Source: Thermoproteota archaeon (GTDB lineage: Archaea > Asgardarchaeota > Njordarchaeia > Njordarchaeales > Panguiarchaeaceae). Taken from it: a DNA stretch of 64,000 nucleotides. The position numbers were made by a program, and so were the translations under genes. The stretch lies in the NCBI GenBank assembly GCA_024720975.1, contig JANJXX010000003.1, positions 32,001-96,000 on the forward strand. The letters are read 5' to 3'. The notes beneath the pieces are model-generated. The model made no database searches. It was not told where the DNA came from and saw only the letters and a list, made by a program, of their open reading frames with translations. Of this stretch, positions 1 through 9,242 are shown piece after piece; position 1 is the first letter of the stretch, and each line of letters opens with the position of its first letter.

Positions 1-323
1 GGCCAATTAATTCTAGAATATCCTGCAGGTTCAGTTACGGTTATGTTTATCCTGTAGTTATAGCTTATGTTATGCCACTCTCCGGGATAATGCTCTCCTC
101 CAACGCCTTCTCTCATTTCTACGTTTGATAGCTCAACTTTCACAAAGTTAGACGCATTAACCGGCGTTAGGCTACAACCTCTTCCAGGGATTCTCTGAAT
201 TCTGACTTCTTTTTTAGGACTGTCCAATTTTAAAGTGCTGCTAATCCTATGCTCGTATGTGAAAGCTATGACTTGCACTGCTAGTATATATATCAATAAC
301 ACACATAAGAGTCTACTTCTCAA
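1..323 (-). CDS. Secreted/surface protein, N-terminal fragment (runs off window start)
   Basis: Not in the ORF track. My translation from TTG at 323 is MRSRLLCVLLIYILAVQVIAFTYEH..., open to base 1. It has a signal-peptide-like N-terminus, N-x-S/T sequons (NAS, NIS, NIT) and GGTG ~7 nt upstream. Confidence 0.7.
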   Translation of the reverse strand, partial: MRSRLLCVLLIYILAVQVIAFTYEHRISSTLKLDSPKKEVRIQRIPGRGCSLTPVNASNFVKVELSNVEMREGVGGEHYPGEWHNISYNYRINITVTEPAGYSRINW

Positions 324-658
324 TAGAGAACACCAGCATTAGCAATTGATATATATAATGACATTACAAATTTTAGTATTAATGTATACGTTCGCTTACA
401 TTTGAACGAAAATTGAGAAAACATACACGACTTCAAAATGCTTTATTGTGTTGGACTTAAAAGTAGGATTGCATGAACTTTTGGACACTTTAAATTGTTC
501 TAGTATTGTATTCTGATCTAAGTCAGTTTAGTTGGTAAAATCTTGGCATCAACATATATTATTCGTATATATTTTGATTATGTTGATTATATAATTCCTC
601 TTAGAAATCTTAGAAATGGTGCATTCAAGTATCGTCTTCATTAGGTCCTGGTTTCTGG

Positions 659-1396
659 TTGGTGAATCTATTGCAAGATAAGACTGAGCAGATACCAATG
701 AAAGAGGTTAAGCCTCGCATGGTTACTATTTACTACATGGGGAAGGCTTACCAAGTTCCTGAAGGAATAACTATTATCAAAGCTCTGGAGTACATCGGTT
801 ACAGGTTGGTGCGAGGTGTTGGATGCAGGAGTGGATTCTGTGGTGCTTGTACTACGTTCTATCGGAAGAAAAATGACTATAGACTGTATTCGGGTTTAGC
901 TTGTCAGACTCCAGTCGAGGATGGCATGTACTTAACGCAACTACCCTTCATTCCGGCTGAGAGGAGAAGATATAGGATTGAGGACGCCAAGGCTGATTTT
1001 CATTTTGTGCTGTCTCTTTATCCTGAGATTGCTAGGTGTGTTGGATGCAATTCATGTACTAGGGTTTGTCCTCAAGAGATACAAGTTATGGATGCCGTTC
1101 AGGCGATACTCAGGGGTGATCTAGCAAAGGCTGCAAAAATGGTCTTTGATTGTATCTCTTGTGGGGCTTGTAGTATGAGGTGCCCTGCTGAGATTGTGCA
1201 TTACAATGTCTTCCAACTTGTTAGGAGGTTGTATGGTAAGTATATTGCTCCAAAGGCGAAGCATTTAGCAAGTAGGGTTGAGGAGATACAAAACAATTAT
1301 TACGAGGAACAATTTAAGAAGCTGTTCTCCATGAGTGTTAATGATTGGAAGGTTTTGGCGGAGAAGCTTCAGAAGAAGGAGAGTATAACCATATGA
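659..1396 (+). CDS. SdhB/FrdB-like iron-sulfur protein ([2Fe-2S] + 2x[4Fe-4S])
   Basis: GCRSGFCGAC...LACQ 2Fe-2S motif, plus CVGCNSCTRVCP and CISCGACSMRCP ferredoxin motifs. Coupled to the downstream flavoprotein. Confidence 0.85.
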   Translation: MVNLLQDKTEQIPMKEVKPRMVTIYYMGKAYQVPEGITIIKALEYIGYRLVRGVGCRSGFCGACTTFYRKKNDYRLYSGLACQTPVEDGMYLTQLPFIPAERRRYRIEDAKADFHFVLSLYPEIARCVGCNSCTRVCPQEIQVMDAVQAILRGDLAKAAKMVFDCISCGACSMRCPAEIVHYNVFQLVRRLYGKYIAPKAKHLASRVEEIQNNYYEEQFKKLFSMSVNDWKVLAEKLQKKESITI

Positions 1397-1397
1397 G

Positions 1398-3050
1398 GTG
1401 AAGAAAATGAAGCATCCGGGTTACCCGCCTGAATTTTGGGACTCAATAGAGAGAGTTGAAGAAACTCGCGATAAGAGGCTAAAAGAGAAATTTCCAAAGA
1501 TGTCGGTGACTGAAAGAGAGGATATTGTACGCAAATATCACCCAGATTACAAGGAGGGTACAAAGAGGCCTGTTCGCGTTGGAGCCTATAAGGGTCAGCT
1601 AGCACCTCATGAGGTCGCAGATTTGCTTGAGGCTCATGCCTTGATAAACCCAGATGACGTAGATTTAAGCAATGTAGACTATGACACTGACGTATTAGTT
1701 ATAGGCGGCGGTGGTGCTGGGGCATCTGCAGCATTGTGGGCTAATATAAGTGGTGTTCCGGCAGATCAAATCTTAATAGTCACAAAGCTAAGATTTGGAG
1801 ATTCAAACACGAAGGGAGCCCAGGGTGGTATACAAGCGGCTGATAGAGAGTATGACTCTCCCATATACCACTTCCTGGATGTACTATATGGAGGTCATTT
1901 TACGAATGATCCAGAACTCGTAAAAATTCTTGTCACTGAAGCACCACTAATAATAAAATTCCTAGAGGACTTAGGTGTTATGTTTGATAAAGAATCTAAC
2001 GGAGTAATGATCGAGGTTTCAGGTGGAGGATGTAGCAGAGACCGCATGCACTCCTGTGGTGATTACACAGGACTTGAAATAATGCGCGTATTAATGGACG
2101 AAGTTCTCAATAGAGGGATACCAGTCCTAGAATTTTCTCCTGCTGTTGAGCTCATAACTGATGACCGAGGGCAAGTAGCAGGAGCTGTTGTTATGAATCT
2201 TGAGACAGGAAGATACCACGTGGTACGTGCTAAAGCAACAATAATAGCAACTGGTGGCTTTGGAAGGCTACACATACAGGGCTTTCAAACATCTAATCAC
2301 TACGGAGCAACTATGGATGGCGTCGTTTTGGCTTACCGAGTTGGAGCTCAATTGAGAGATATGGATGCTGTTCAATATCATCCAACTGGTGCAGCGTGGC
2401 CTCCCCAACTCGCTGGTCAGCTAGTAACTGAAAAAGTGCGCTCGTTAGGTGCCCAGCTAGTAAATGTCAATGGCGAGCAATTCGTATACGAGCTAGAACC
2501 AAGGGATACTGTATCTGCTGCTATAATTCGCGAGTGTGAAGAGAGGAAGAGGGGCATAAAGACTATAGTGGGTTGGGGCGTTTGGCTGGATAGCCCGATG
2601 ATCGAGATAATACATGGTGAGGGAACTATAGAAAAATTCTTACCGGCGATGTTTAGGCAATTTAGGAGGTATGGGATTGACATAAGAAAGGAGCCAATAT
2701 TGACCTATCCAACACTCCACTATCAAAATGGAGGTATTCTGATAAACCAGTACACGCAGGTCCTAGACGCCGAAAGAAAACCAATACCTAATCTATTCGC
2801 TGCTGGTGAATGCACAGGTGGTGTACATGGAAAGAATAGGCTAATGGGCAATAGTCTACTAGAGATAACAGTATTTGGTCGTCGTGCAGGAAATTTTGCA
2901 GCTAAACATGTGAAGAATGTCTCCCTTGGTAAGCTAACATTAGATCATGTAACCAAATGGGAGAATATGCTCAAAGAAGCCAAGATAAGAAGCAGTAAGA
3001 AGGCACCAATAATTCTTCCGGACTATCGAGGAGACATGATATTTAGGTAA
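1398..3050 (+). CDS. SdhA/FrdA/NadB-family FAD flavoprotein, soluble type (likely start ATG 1407)
   Basis: GGGGAG FAD motif, AQGGI, ATGG, QYHPT, TEKVR, PRD, LHYQNGG, HGKNRLMGNSL. GAGGTG SD precedes ATG 1407. Confidence 0.85.
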   Translation: MKKMKHPGYPPEFWDSIERVEETRDKRLKEKFPKMSVTEREDIVRKYHPDYKEGTKRPVRVGAYKGQLAPHEVADLLEAHALINPDDVDLSNVDYDTDVLVIGGGGAGASAALWANISGVPADQILIVTKLRFGDSNTKGAQGGIQAADREYDSPIYHFLDVLYGGHFTNDPELVKILVTEAPLIIKFLEDLGVMFDKESNGVMIEVSGGGCSRDRMHSCGDYTGLEIMRVLMDEVLNRGIPVLEFSPAVELITDDRGQVAGAVVMNLETGRYHVVRAKATIIATGGFGRLHIQGFQTSNHYGATMDGVVLAYRVGAQLRDMDAVQYHPTGAAWPPQLAGQLVTEKVRSLGAQLVNVNGEQFVYELEPRDTVSAAIIRECEERKRGIKTIVGWGVWLDSPMIEIIHGEGTIEKFLPAMFRQFRRYGIDIRKEPILTYPTLHYQNGGILINQYTQVLDAERKPIPNLFAAGECTGGVHGKNRLMGNSLLEITVFGRRAGNFAAKHVKNVSLGKLTLDHVTKWENMLKEAKIRSSKKAPIILPDYRGDMIFR

Positions 3051-3179
3051 GCCACCTTTTTTATCTATCCCCAAGACCTAGCCTGCAGGGTAGCAGACTT
3101 TGAGAAAGCGAACTTCTTATAAGCAATTTAAACCAATAAATACCATTAACTTACTCAAGGAAGTTTACCATGATCTCTG

Positions 3180-4241
3180 GTGCGTGTATTGATAAAGAAA
3201 GCATTGCGAAGAATTTATAAAGACAAGCTTCGGCTCTTGATGGGAAGATTATCCGAAGAGTATAACATTTTCAGTCCAAAGCTTGTGGAGGGAAGGATTA
3301 TCTTTGACCGCATAGATGACGTCTCAGAGATCATTAATGAATATCACACAAGGCCGGTTCTGCCTGTGAAAAAGCTTTTTCTACCTCAGAGAGAGACTCT
3401 ATTCGAGTATGAGATAGTTGACAATGATGTTATCATCAGCGATAAACTAGATCTTGTTGCTAGAGAGAAAAGATGCATTTTTGGAGTTAGAGCTTGTGAT
3501 ATTGCAAGTCTCCAAATTTTAAGGAGATTCTTTAGCAGGGGGCCAGGCGATCCCTACGTTATTGGCAGACTTAGTAACTCCATGATAATTGGAATTATGT
3601 GCAATAGTGTCTTTCCGTCATGCTTCTGTCATTTCACCGACAGTGGACCCCTGCCAAAAGATGGATTTGATCTCTTTCTTGTTGACGTTGATGACTATTT
3701 CATCGCAATCATTGGAAGTGAGAGAGGGAATCAAATTGCTTCAAAGAACGAGGATATATTTCTTGATGCAAACAAGGACGATGCTCTGGCTATAGATAAT
3801 AAGGTTAAAGAAATTGTTTCGCTTATGAAATCACCACCAGTAGTTGATCAAATGGTTTTATATGACGCCTTCGTTAGGAGTTTCAATCTAGACTTCTGGG
3901 AGGACTATGCTAAAAAATGCCTCTCCTGTGGTAAATGTAACTTTAATTGCCCGACGTGCTATTGTTTTGATATCTTTGACGAAGTAGATCTTGACCTTCG
4001 GAAGGGAAGACGCGTTAGAGTGTGGGATTCATGCCACTTTCTAAGTTTCACTAGAGTAGCAAGTGGTGAAATTTTCAGAAGGAACCGGAGTTCAAGGTTA
4101 AAGCAGAGAGTCTATCACAAATTCGTATACTCAGTTAATGACATAGGTCTAATTTCATGCGTCGGTTGTGGGAGATGCTTCGAAGTATGTCCAGCATCTA
4201 TAGACCTACGAGACATTATTACGAAGGTCCTGTGTGGTTAG
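3180..4241 (+). CDS. hydB: Group 3b sulfhydrogenase beta subunit (AsrA/HydB-like Fe-S protein)
   Basis: FGVRACD, CFC, CLSCGKCNFNCPTCYCF, RVWDSC, CVGCGRCFEVCP. First gene of a four-gene hydrogenase operon. Confidence 0.85.
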   Translation: MRVLIKKALRRIYKDKLRLLMGRLSEEYNIFSPKLVEGRIIFDRIDDVSEIINEYHTRPVLPVKKLFLPQRETLFEYEIVDNDVIISDKLDLVAREKRCIFGVRACDIASLQILRRFFSRGPGDPYVIGRLSNSMIIGIMCNSVFPSCFCHFTDSGPLPKDGFDLFLVDVDDYFIAIIGSERGNQIASKNEDIFLDANKDDALAIDNKVKEIVSLMKSPPVVDQMVLYDAFVRSFNLDFWEDYAKKCLSCGKCNFNCPTCYCFDIFDEVDLDLRKGRRVRVWDSCHFLSFTRVASGEIFRRNRSSRLKQRVYHKFVYSVNDIGLISCVGCGRCFEVCPASIDLRDIITKVLCG

Positions 4242-5076
4242 CATGAAGAACCCATATATTCCGACGAAAGCTATCATAACGCACATTCGAAATGAAACAC
4301 CTGACACAAAGACTTTCAGGATAAGAATTCTGGATCAAAACGAGTTTAGTTTCACTCCCGGTCAATTCATTCAACTCAGCGTCTTCGGCTTTGGTGAAGC
4401 GCCTTTCTCAATTGCTGGATCAACAAATGAGAAAGAGCTAGAAATTACTGTGAGGCGGATCGGAACAGTTACTGGAGCGTTATTCAGAAAAAATGTTGGT
4501 GATATCGTTGGAGTGAGGGGTCCTTTCGGTAAGGGCTGGCCCATTGGTTTAATGCTGAGGAGGAACATTCTCATAATAGCTGGTGGACTTGGATTAGCTC
4601 CACTCAGGTCACTGGTGCACTACATCATTCTAAACAGGGAGGAATTCGGCAAGGTTTACCTCCTTTATGGCGCTAGGACGCCAGCTGACCTTCTTTATAA
4701 AGACGAATTCAACACGTGGAGCAGGTATATAGATCTCCACTTAACTGTTGACAAGGGCGATAATTATTGGAAAGGAAGAGTTGGTCTTGTTACAATTCTA
4801 CTTGATGATGTAAGTGTCGATACCGAAGATACGATAGCACTGCAATGTGGACCTCCTATAATGATGCACTTTGTCTCGAAGAAATTAAAGAGCCTAGGAT
4901 TTCCTGATGAGAATATTTATCTGTCCCTAGAAAGGCTAATGAAGTGTGGCATGGGCTTTTGTGGTAGGTGTACCGTAAGCGGCAGATATGTTTGCATTGA
5001 GGGCCCAGTCTTCTGCTACGCCGACATTAAGAGCTTTATAGAGGCGATTCCGGAAGCAGGTGTTGAGCATGCATAA
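4234..5076 (+). CDS. hydG: Sulfhydrogenase gamma subunit (FAD/NAD(P)-binding, AsrB/HydG-like)
   Basis: PGQF, GEAPFSI, RGPFGKG, AGGLGLAP, CGPPIMM, MKCGMGFCGRC...VCIEGPV. Confidence 0.88.
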   Translation: MVSMKNPYIPTKAIITHIRNETPDTKTFRIRILDQNEFSFTPGQFIQLSVFGFGEAPFSIAGSTNEKELEITVRRIGTVTGALFRKNVGDIVGVRGPFGKGWPIGLMLRRNILIIAGGLGLAPLRSLVHYIILNREEFGKVYLLYGARTPADLLYKDEFNTWSRYIDLHLTVDKGDNYWKGRVGLVTILLDDVSVDTEDTIALQCGPPIMMHFVSKKLKSLGFPDENIYLSLERLMKCGMGFCGRCTVSGRYVCIEGPVFCYADIKSFIEAIPEAGVEHA

Positions 5077-5764
5077 ATTAAAAGTCGGAATTTACTCACT
5101 ATCATCCTGTGAAGGTTGCATCGTCCAAATTCTAAACCTGGAGGAGAGGTTACTAGAGGTCTTAAACCACGTCGATTTAGTCGAATGCAGAGTCCTTGGG
5201 CTGAAGCATGATGACGAAGTTGATGTAGCTTTCGTCGAGGGATTTGTTAGCAGTGATGAAGAAGCAACCAAAATCAAGGAGATAAGGGGGAGAAGCAGGA
5301 TCCTTATAGCCTTAGGCGACTGCGCTTATTCAGGCATGAGATTCGTCGCGAAAGATTTCGGAACCTCCACTATTAGAGCTGATCCTATAAACATGTACGT
5401 TAACGTTGACTACCACCTGCGAGGCTGCCCGATAGATTCCGAAGAATTCCTATCTTTGATCAGTGACTTAATTCACGGCAAAAAATTTAAGGAGAGCAGT
5501 AAGACTGTTTGTTCAGAATGTATCCTACTCGAAAATAAATGCTTGTTGGATAAGGGATTTTTGTGCTTAGGACCCATAACTAGAGGAGGATGTAATGCTA
5601 TCTGCATTGCAAATAATAAGGGATGTTTCGGTTGTAGGGGTTTAGGTGATGATGTCAATATTAGCGCTTTTATAGAGAGTCTTAAGAGTAAAGGCATAAG
5701 CATACCAAGTTACTTGCTAGGCCTACTAAAGGGTCCCGGTTATGGGAGTAGTCAGAATAGTTGA
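5060..5764 (+). CDS. hydD: [NiFe] hydrogenase group 3b small (delta) subunit
   Basis: SSCEGC, VEG, GDCA, GCP and a distal Cys-rich segment (VCSEC..C..CLGPITRGGCNAIC...CFGCRG). Confidence 0.85.
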   Translation: MLSMHKLKVGIYSLSSCEGCIVQILNLEERLLEVLNHVDLVECRVLGLKHDDEVDVAFVEGFVSSDEEATKIKEIRGRSRILIALGDCAYSGMRFVAKDFGTSTIRADPINMYVNVDYHLRGCPIDSEEFLSLISDLIHGKKFKESSKTVCSECILLENKCLLDKGFLCLGPITRGGCNAICIANNKGCFGCRGLGDDVNISAFIESLKSKGISIPSYLLGLLKGPGYGSSQNS

Positions 5765-7037
5765 GCTACCTAGAATTGAAGGACACCTAGATGTGGAAAT
5801 TGAGATTTTAGGAGAGGACATCAGAGTTAGAGCCATGGCAAGAGAGGGGATTAGGATTTATGATATGATTTTGAGGGGAAGAGAGTACTCAGAGGTTCCA
5901 GACATAGTCTCACGAATGTGCGGTGTTTGCAGCGTCATTCATAGAGTAACCTCTGTAATGGCCATTGAGTCAGCACTCGGTATAACTCCCTCAGATGACA
6001 TTCTGGCACTGAGAGAGCTCGCTACAATTGGTGGGCATGTTCAGAGTCATCTCATTCACCTGTTTTACTTCATCCTCCCGGACGTTCTAGGTATTGATAG
6101 TTTTATCCGTCTCATAGATAAGAACCCAGGCTTGATCAAGAAAGTTATGCGCATTAAGGGTCTTGCGAATAGCATTATTGAGGCTCTTAGTGGCAGAGCT
6201 GTTCATCCCATTACAACAGTTAATGCAGAGACGAGTTTTTTACCAAGTAGGGATAAAGTCTACAGAATTCTGGACGAGTTAAAAGCCACCAAGAATATTA
6301 CTCTTGATATTTCCAAAATTTTCTTAGAAGCTGAATTTCCGGATATTCCTAAAGAGGAGAATTTTGTTTCACTTGCTAGTAGAGACTCCATCAATCTTTT
6401 AACGGGCAAAATATCAACTACTAGTGGAGTAATGGAGCCCCAGGCATTTTTGGAAAGGATCAATGCTATAGTTGAAGAATACTCAACAGCTCCTCATTTC
6501 TTGTTCGATGGAAAAGCATACATGGTGGGCTCTCTTTCTCGACTAAATAACAATTATCCATTGCTTAACGGGAGTGCTAGAGACCTTGCAAAGGAGTTCA
6601 ACTTAACTTTCCCTTCAAATTCTATATTCATGAATAATAAGGCCCAGGCCCTTGAAATTGTATATTTCCTTGAGAGAGCAGAGGAAATACTCGGGAGACT
6701 CCTTGAGAAAGATGAGTTGAAGTTGCAATCTGAGAAAAAACATGGCAACAACTTTGGTCTAGCAGCTACTGAGGCTCCTAGAGGACTTCTGATACACACA
6801 TATCAGCTAGAGAATGGAAAGATAATCTCTGCAAATATAATTACACCCACAGCCCAAAATCTTAAAAACATTGAGAAGAATGCTAGCGAGTACGTTAGAG
6901 CACTTCTCAACAACAACTTTGACCTAGGCGAAATTAGGAAACAGATCGAATTTTTAGTCAGGAGCTATGATCCCTGCATCTCTTGCGCCGCTAGGTTCAG
7001 AAAATCCAACAATCTGGGAAAAAAATTATATAAATAA
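5742..7037 (+). CDS. hydA: [NiFe] hydrogenase group 3b large (alpha) subunit
   Basis: RIEGH, L1 motif SRMCGVCSVIH, EAPRG.L.H, ITPTAQN, L2 motif RSYDPCISC. Confidence 0.9.
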   Translation: MGVVRIVELPRIEGHLDVEIEILGEDIRVRAMAREGIRIYDMILRGREYSEVPDIVSRMCGVCSVIHRVTSVMAIESALGITPSDDILALRELATIGGHVQSHLIHLFYFILPDVLGIDSFIRLIDKNPGLIKKVMRIKGLANSIIEALSGRAVHPITTVNAETSFLPSRDKVYRILDELKATKNITLDISKIFLEAEFPDIPKEENFVSLASRDSINLLTGKISTTSGVMEPQAFLERINAIVEEYSTAPHFLFDGKAYMVGSLSRLNNNYPLLNGSARDLAKEFNLTFPSNSIFMNNKAQALEIVYFLERAEEILGRLLEKDELKLQSEKKHGNNFGLAATEAPRGLLIHTYQLENGKIISANIITPTAQNLKNIEKNASEYVRALLNNNFDLGEIRKQIEFLVRSYDPCISCAARFRKSNNLGKKLYK

Positions 7038-7114
7038 GCATTGTTTCAATAATTATTTTTATAGTAGCCATTTTGTTGTGATGCTTAAAGATCGGGCAAA
7101 CCCGATGAGGCCCC

Positions 7115-7828
7115 ATGTCAATTGATCAACAAGATAAGACTTTACTAAGCTTTAAATGCCCTGTTTGTGGGGAAGTAATAAAATTTACTGTTGAGGAAAA
7201 CAAGATCAAAAATGATCCCTCCGGAGTGTGTACTATACCTCTGCTTCATAATCCTCCTAACTACTCTCCCCATTTAATCGTTATAAGTATAGATCCACAT
7301 GGTTTTGTCCGTTCGGCTTACTTATACAAGCAACTTTATGTTATTGAAAAAACTGGAGAGGAGGAACTCACTAAATTGGAAAAGCGCATTGAGGAAGCTA
7401 AATTCGATGCGCACGAACTCGCTCTTAGTAAGGCATATGATGTTCTTAAAGAGACATACAAAATTATCCAAGCATTCCAAATGAAATATCGGGAGGACCT
7501 ATTCCTTGAGATCCTAGGTAACACTATAATCCACCATGTTATCAAAGGTGGAAAACTGAGATTAAATATTCCTCGCGATGCTACACTATCGGAGATAAGT
7601 AAGGAATGCGTTTTGAAGGTGCTGAAAATTTTCAGAATTGACGCCGACCTCTACTACGGACTGGGAGATACAGTCATCATTAAACACAGTGAATACCCAA
7701 TAGAGTTCATACGCGGCATTCTCAATGGGCTTCTAGTAAAAATAGGAGATTACATTGGGCAAAGTCTAATGTTGGTCACGGAGTCGCTAAACCCTATCCT
7801 ATTTCGAATAGAACCCTACTTGCCATAA
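7115..7828 (+). CDS. Hypothetical protein with N-terminal putative Zn-binding domain (CPVC...H...H)
   Basis: 237-aa ORF with GAGG SD. N-terminal FKCPVCG...LLHNPPNYSPHLIVISIDPHGFVRS, followed by a helical and then alpha/beta C-terminal part. Confidence 0.7.
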   Translation: MSIDQQDKTLLSFKCPVCGEVIKFTVEENKIKNDPSGVCTIPLLHNPPNYSPHLIVISIDPHGFVRSAYLYKQLYVIEKTGEEELTKLEKRIEEAKFDAHELALSKAYDVLKETYKIIQAFQMKYREDLFLEILGNTIIHHVIKGGKLRLNIPRDATLSEISKECVLKVLKIFRIDADLYYGLGDTVIIKHSEYPIEFIRGILNGLLVKIGDYIGQSLMLVTESLNPILFRIEPYLP

Positions 7829-7860
7829 CTGGACCATTATAAGAGTTTATCTGCCATTAT

Positions 7861-7912
7861 CGAACGAATGCGGAGAACCTCTCCAAACCCTTGCCCTTTA
7901 GAGTGAAGGTCA
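7861..7912 (+). mobile_element. Possible degenerate right end of an IS200/IS605 (tnpB) element
   Basis: cgaacgaatgcggagaacct...aacccttgccctttagagtgaaggtca resembles, from memory, archaeal IS605 right ends (gatgcggggaacc...aaccctcgccctttagggcggggaggaggtca). No transposase nearby. Confidence 0.35.
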
Positions 7913-8015
7913 AAGCAATTAACAATTGATAAAAAAGGCAGTTATATTGAGGACTCATTTCTCCTAATGAGATACGGAAGACATACCATATTGCTCGATC
8001 TCACTTACTCAAATG

Positions 8016-9242
8016 TTAAAAGGGGAATATGCCCAGGCGCTTTCGCTTCTTCTTGCTGATGAGACCAAGACTAGCCATCAGGTTAGCGTGAAAGTTACCA
8101 ACTCCACTGATGAATCCCTGCTCACCGAACGTAAATGGCATGATAAATGGCACTCCTATGATTTTGCCGACTTCTTTAATCGATTCACCAATTTTATCTT
8201 TTATCGGAAACATTGTTCCCGCGCAGTAAGTAGTTAAGCAGAAAGCTAAGTTCTTGGGATCCTCTTTTATCGCTGATAAGCAGGCCCTAGCTAGTCGAAT
8301 TGGTCTCTCAATGAGAACTTTTTCATCGCCCTTTAGTAACCATATACGAGATCCTTCAGGAACTTCTGCAAATACTTCTATGCCACCCTCTGGAGTCGCA
8401 CGGCTGGGGTGTACAGAGATCCAATGTTCCACGCCCTTCACGGTGAACTTCCTAGCGAGTGGATAAAATGATGCTGGTCCCAATATGCTCTCCCCGGTTC
8501 TAAGTTTTTCTTCAAATACACGTTCTGTCCAAGTGTTGTAAACATCCCTTGCTGGGTTTCCGTCAATTTCTAGAATTACCCTCCCCTTTGACTTTGTTAC
8601 CACTCCACTCCACTTAAGTGCCGAGTATCCACTCATGTAGACAAACCCCATTTTGAGTTTGGTGTAGATAGCTGTCAGGGAAACGCCGTTCTTATAAACA
8701 TCCTTGCCACAGATGACTTTCCACTTGCCCTCCACGGTATTGTCGGCAGCTGATCCGCCATAGATTGGACACTTGCCGACAACGCTTTCGATACCAGCAA
8801 TAATTTGCTCTTCAAATGGCGGTGTTGGAGTCAACCAAATTAAATCAGGTTTCTTACCATTCTTACCTGCCGATCGCATTGCATTTTTAATGGCTTCTTC
8901 TCCCGCAACCTTAGCATTATCCACTATTAGTGCTCCTCCCACACCGAAGGTTATGTCCGTTGATTTAACTGCTAACGCACCCATAGTTTTATAGTTTGGT
9001 CCAATAATAAAACCATCAGGCGTCCCCACTCCTAAGGACGTAGTTAATCCATGTATCTTCACTTTGCCTCCAAATGCATTATACAATTCGTTAGCGACTT
9101 CTTCAACTGGATATTCGACCGTTAGTGCAAAGAATATGTAGTCAGGCGTTCCTATATCTTTTTCGATTTTTGATACAATTTCTTGAACGGCATCCCTATA
9201 ATCCTCCTTTATGCTATAAGCATAGGTAGCCTTAGTAACCAT
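8016..9242 (-). CDS. Standalone FIST-domain (FIST_N + FIST_C) sensory protein
   Basis: IHGLTT, PIYGGSAAD, VTKS.GR.ILEIDG.PA, YPL, C-terminal YCAG and FTFGEQ motifs. Confidence 0.85.
   Translation of the reverse strand: MVTKATYAYSIKEDYRDAVQEIVSKIEKDIGTPDYIFFALTVEYPVEEVANELYNAFGGKVKIHGLTTSLGVGTPDGFIIGPNYKTMGALAVKSTDITFGVGGALIVDNAKVAGEEAIKNAMRSAGKNGKKPDLIWLTPTPPFEEQIIAGIESVVGKCPIYGGSAADNTVEGKWKVICGKDVYKNGVSLTAIYTKLKMGFVYMSGYSALKWSGVVTKSKGRVILEIDGNPARDVYNTWTERVFEEKLRTGESILGPASFYPLARKFTVKGVEHWISVHPSRATPEGGIEVFAEVPEGSRIWLLKGDEKVLIERPIRLARACLSAIKEDPKNLAFCLTTYCAGTMFPIKDKIGESIKEVGKIIGVPFIMPFTFGEQGFISGVGNFHANLMASLGLISKKKRKRLGIFPF

Noticed and set aside
659-3050. Calling this pair canonical sdhAB/frdAB or nadB
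   Set aside because: No covalent-FAD His, no anchor subunits and a different cluster set. The NadB EGGHS motif is not intact either, so no gene symbol was given.
7092-7130. GGGCAAACC and GATGAGGCCC resemble the starts of c-di-GMP-I and fluoride riboswitches
   Set aside because: The required partner strands (second GEMM hairpin; fluoride P1 and pseudoknot complements) are absent.
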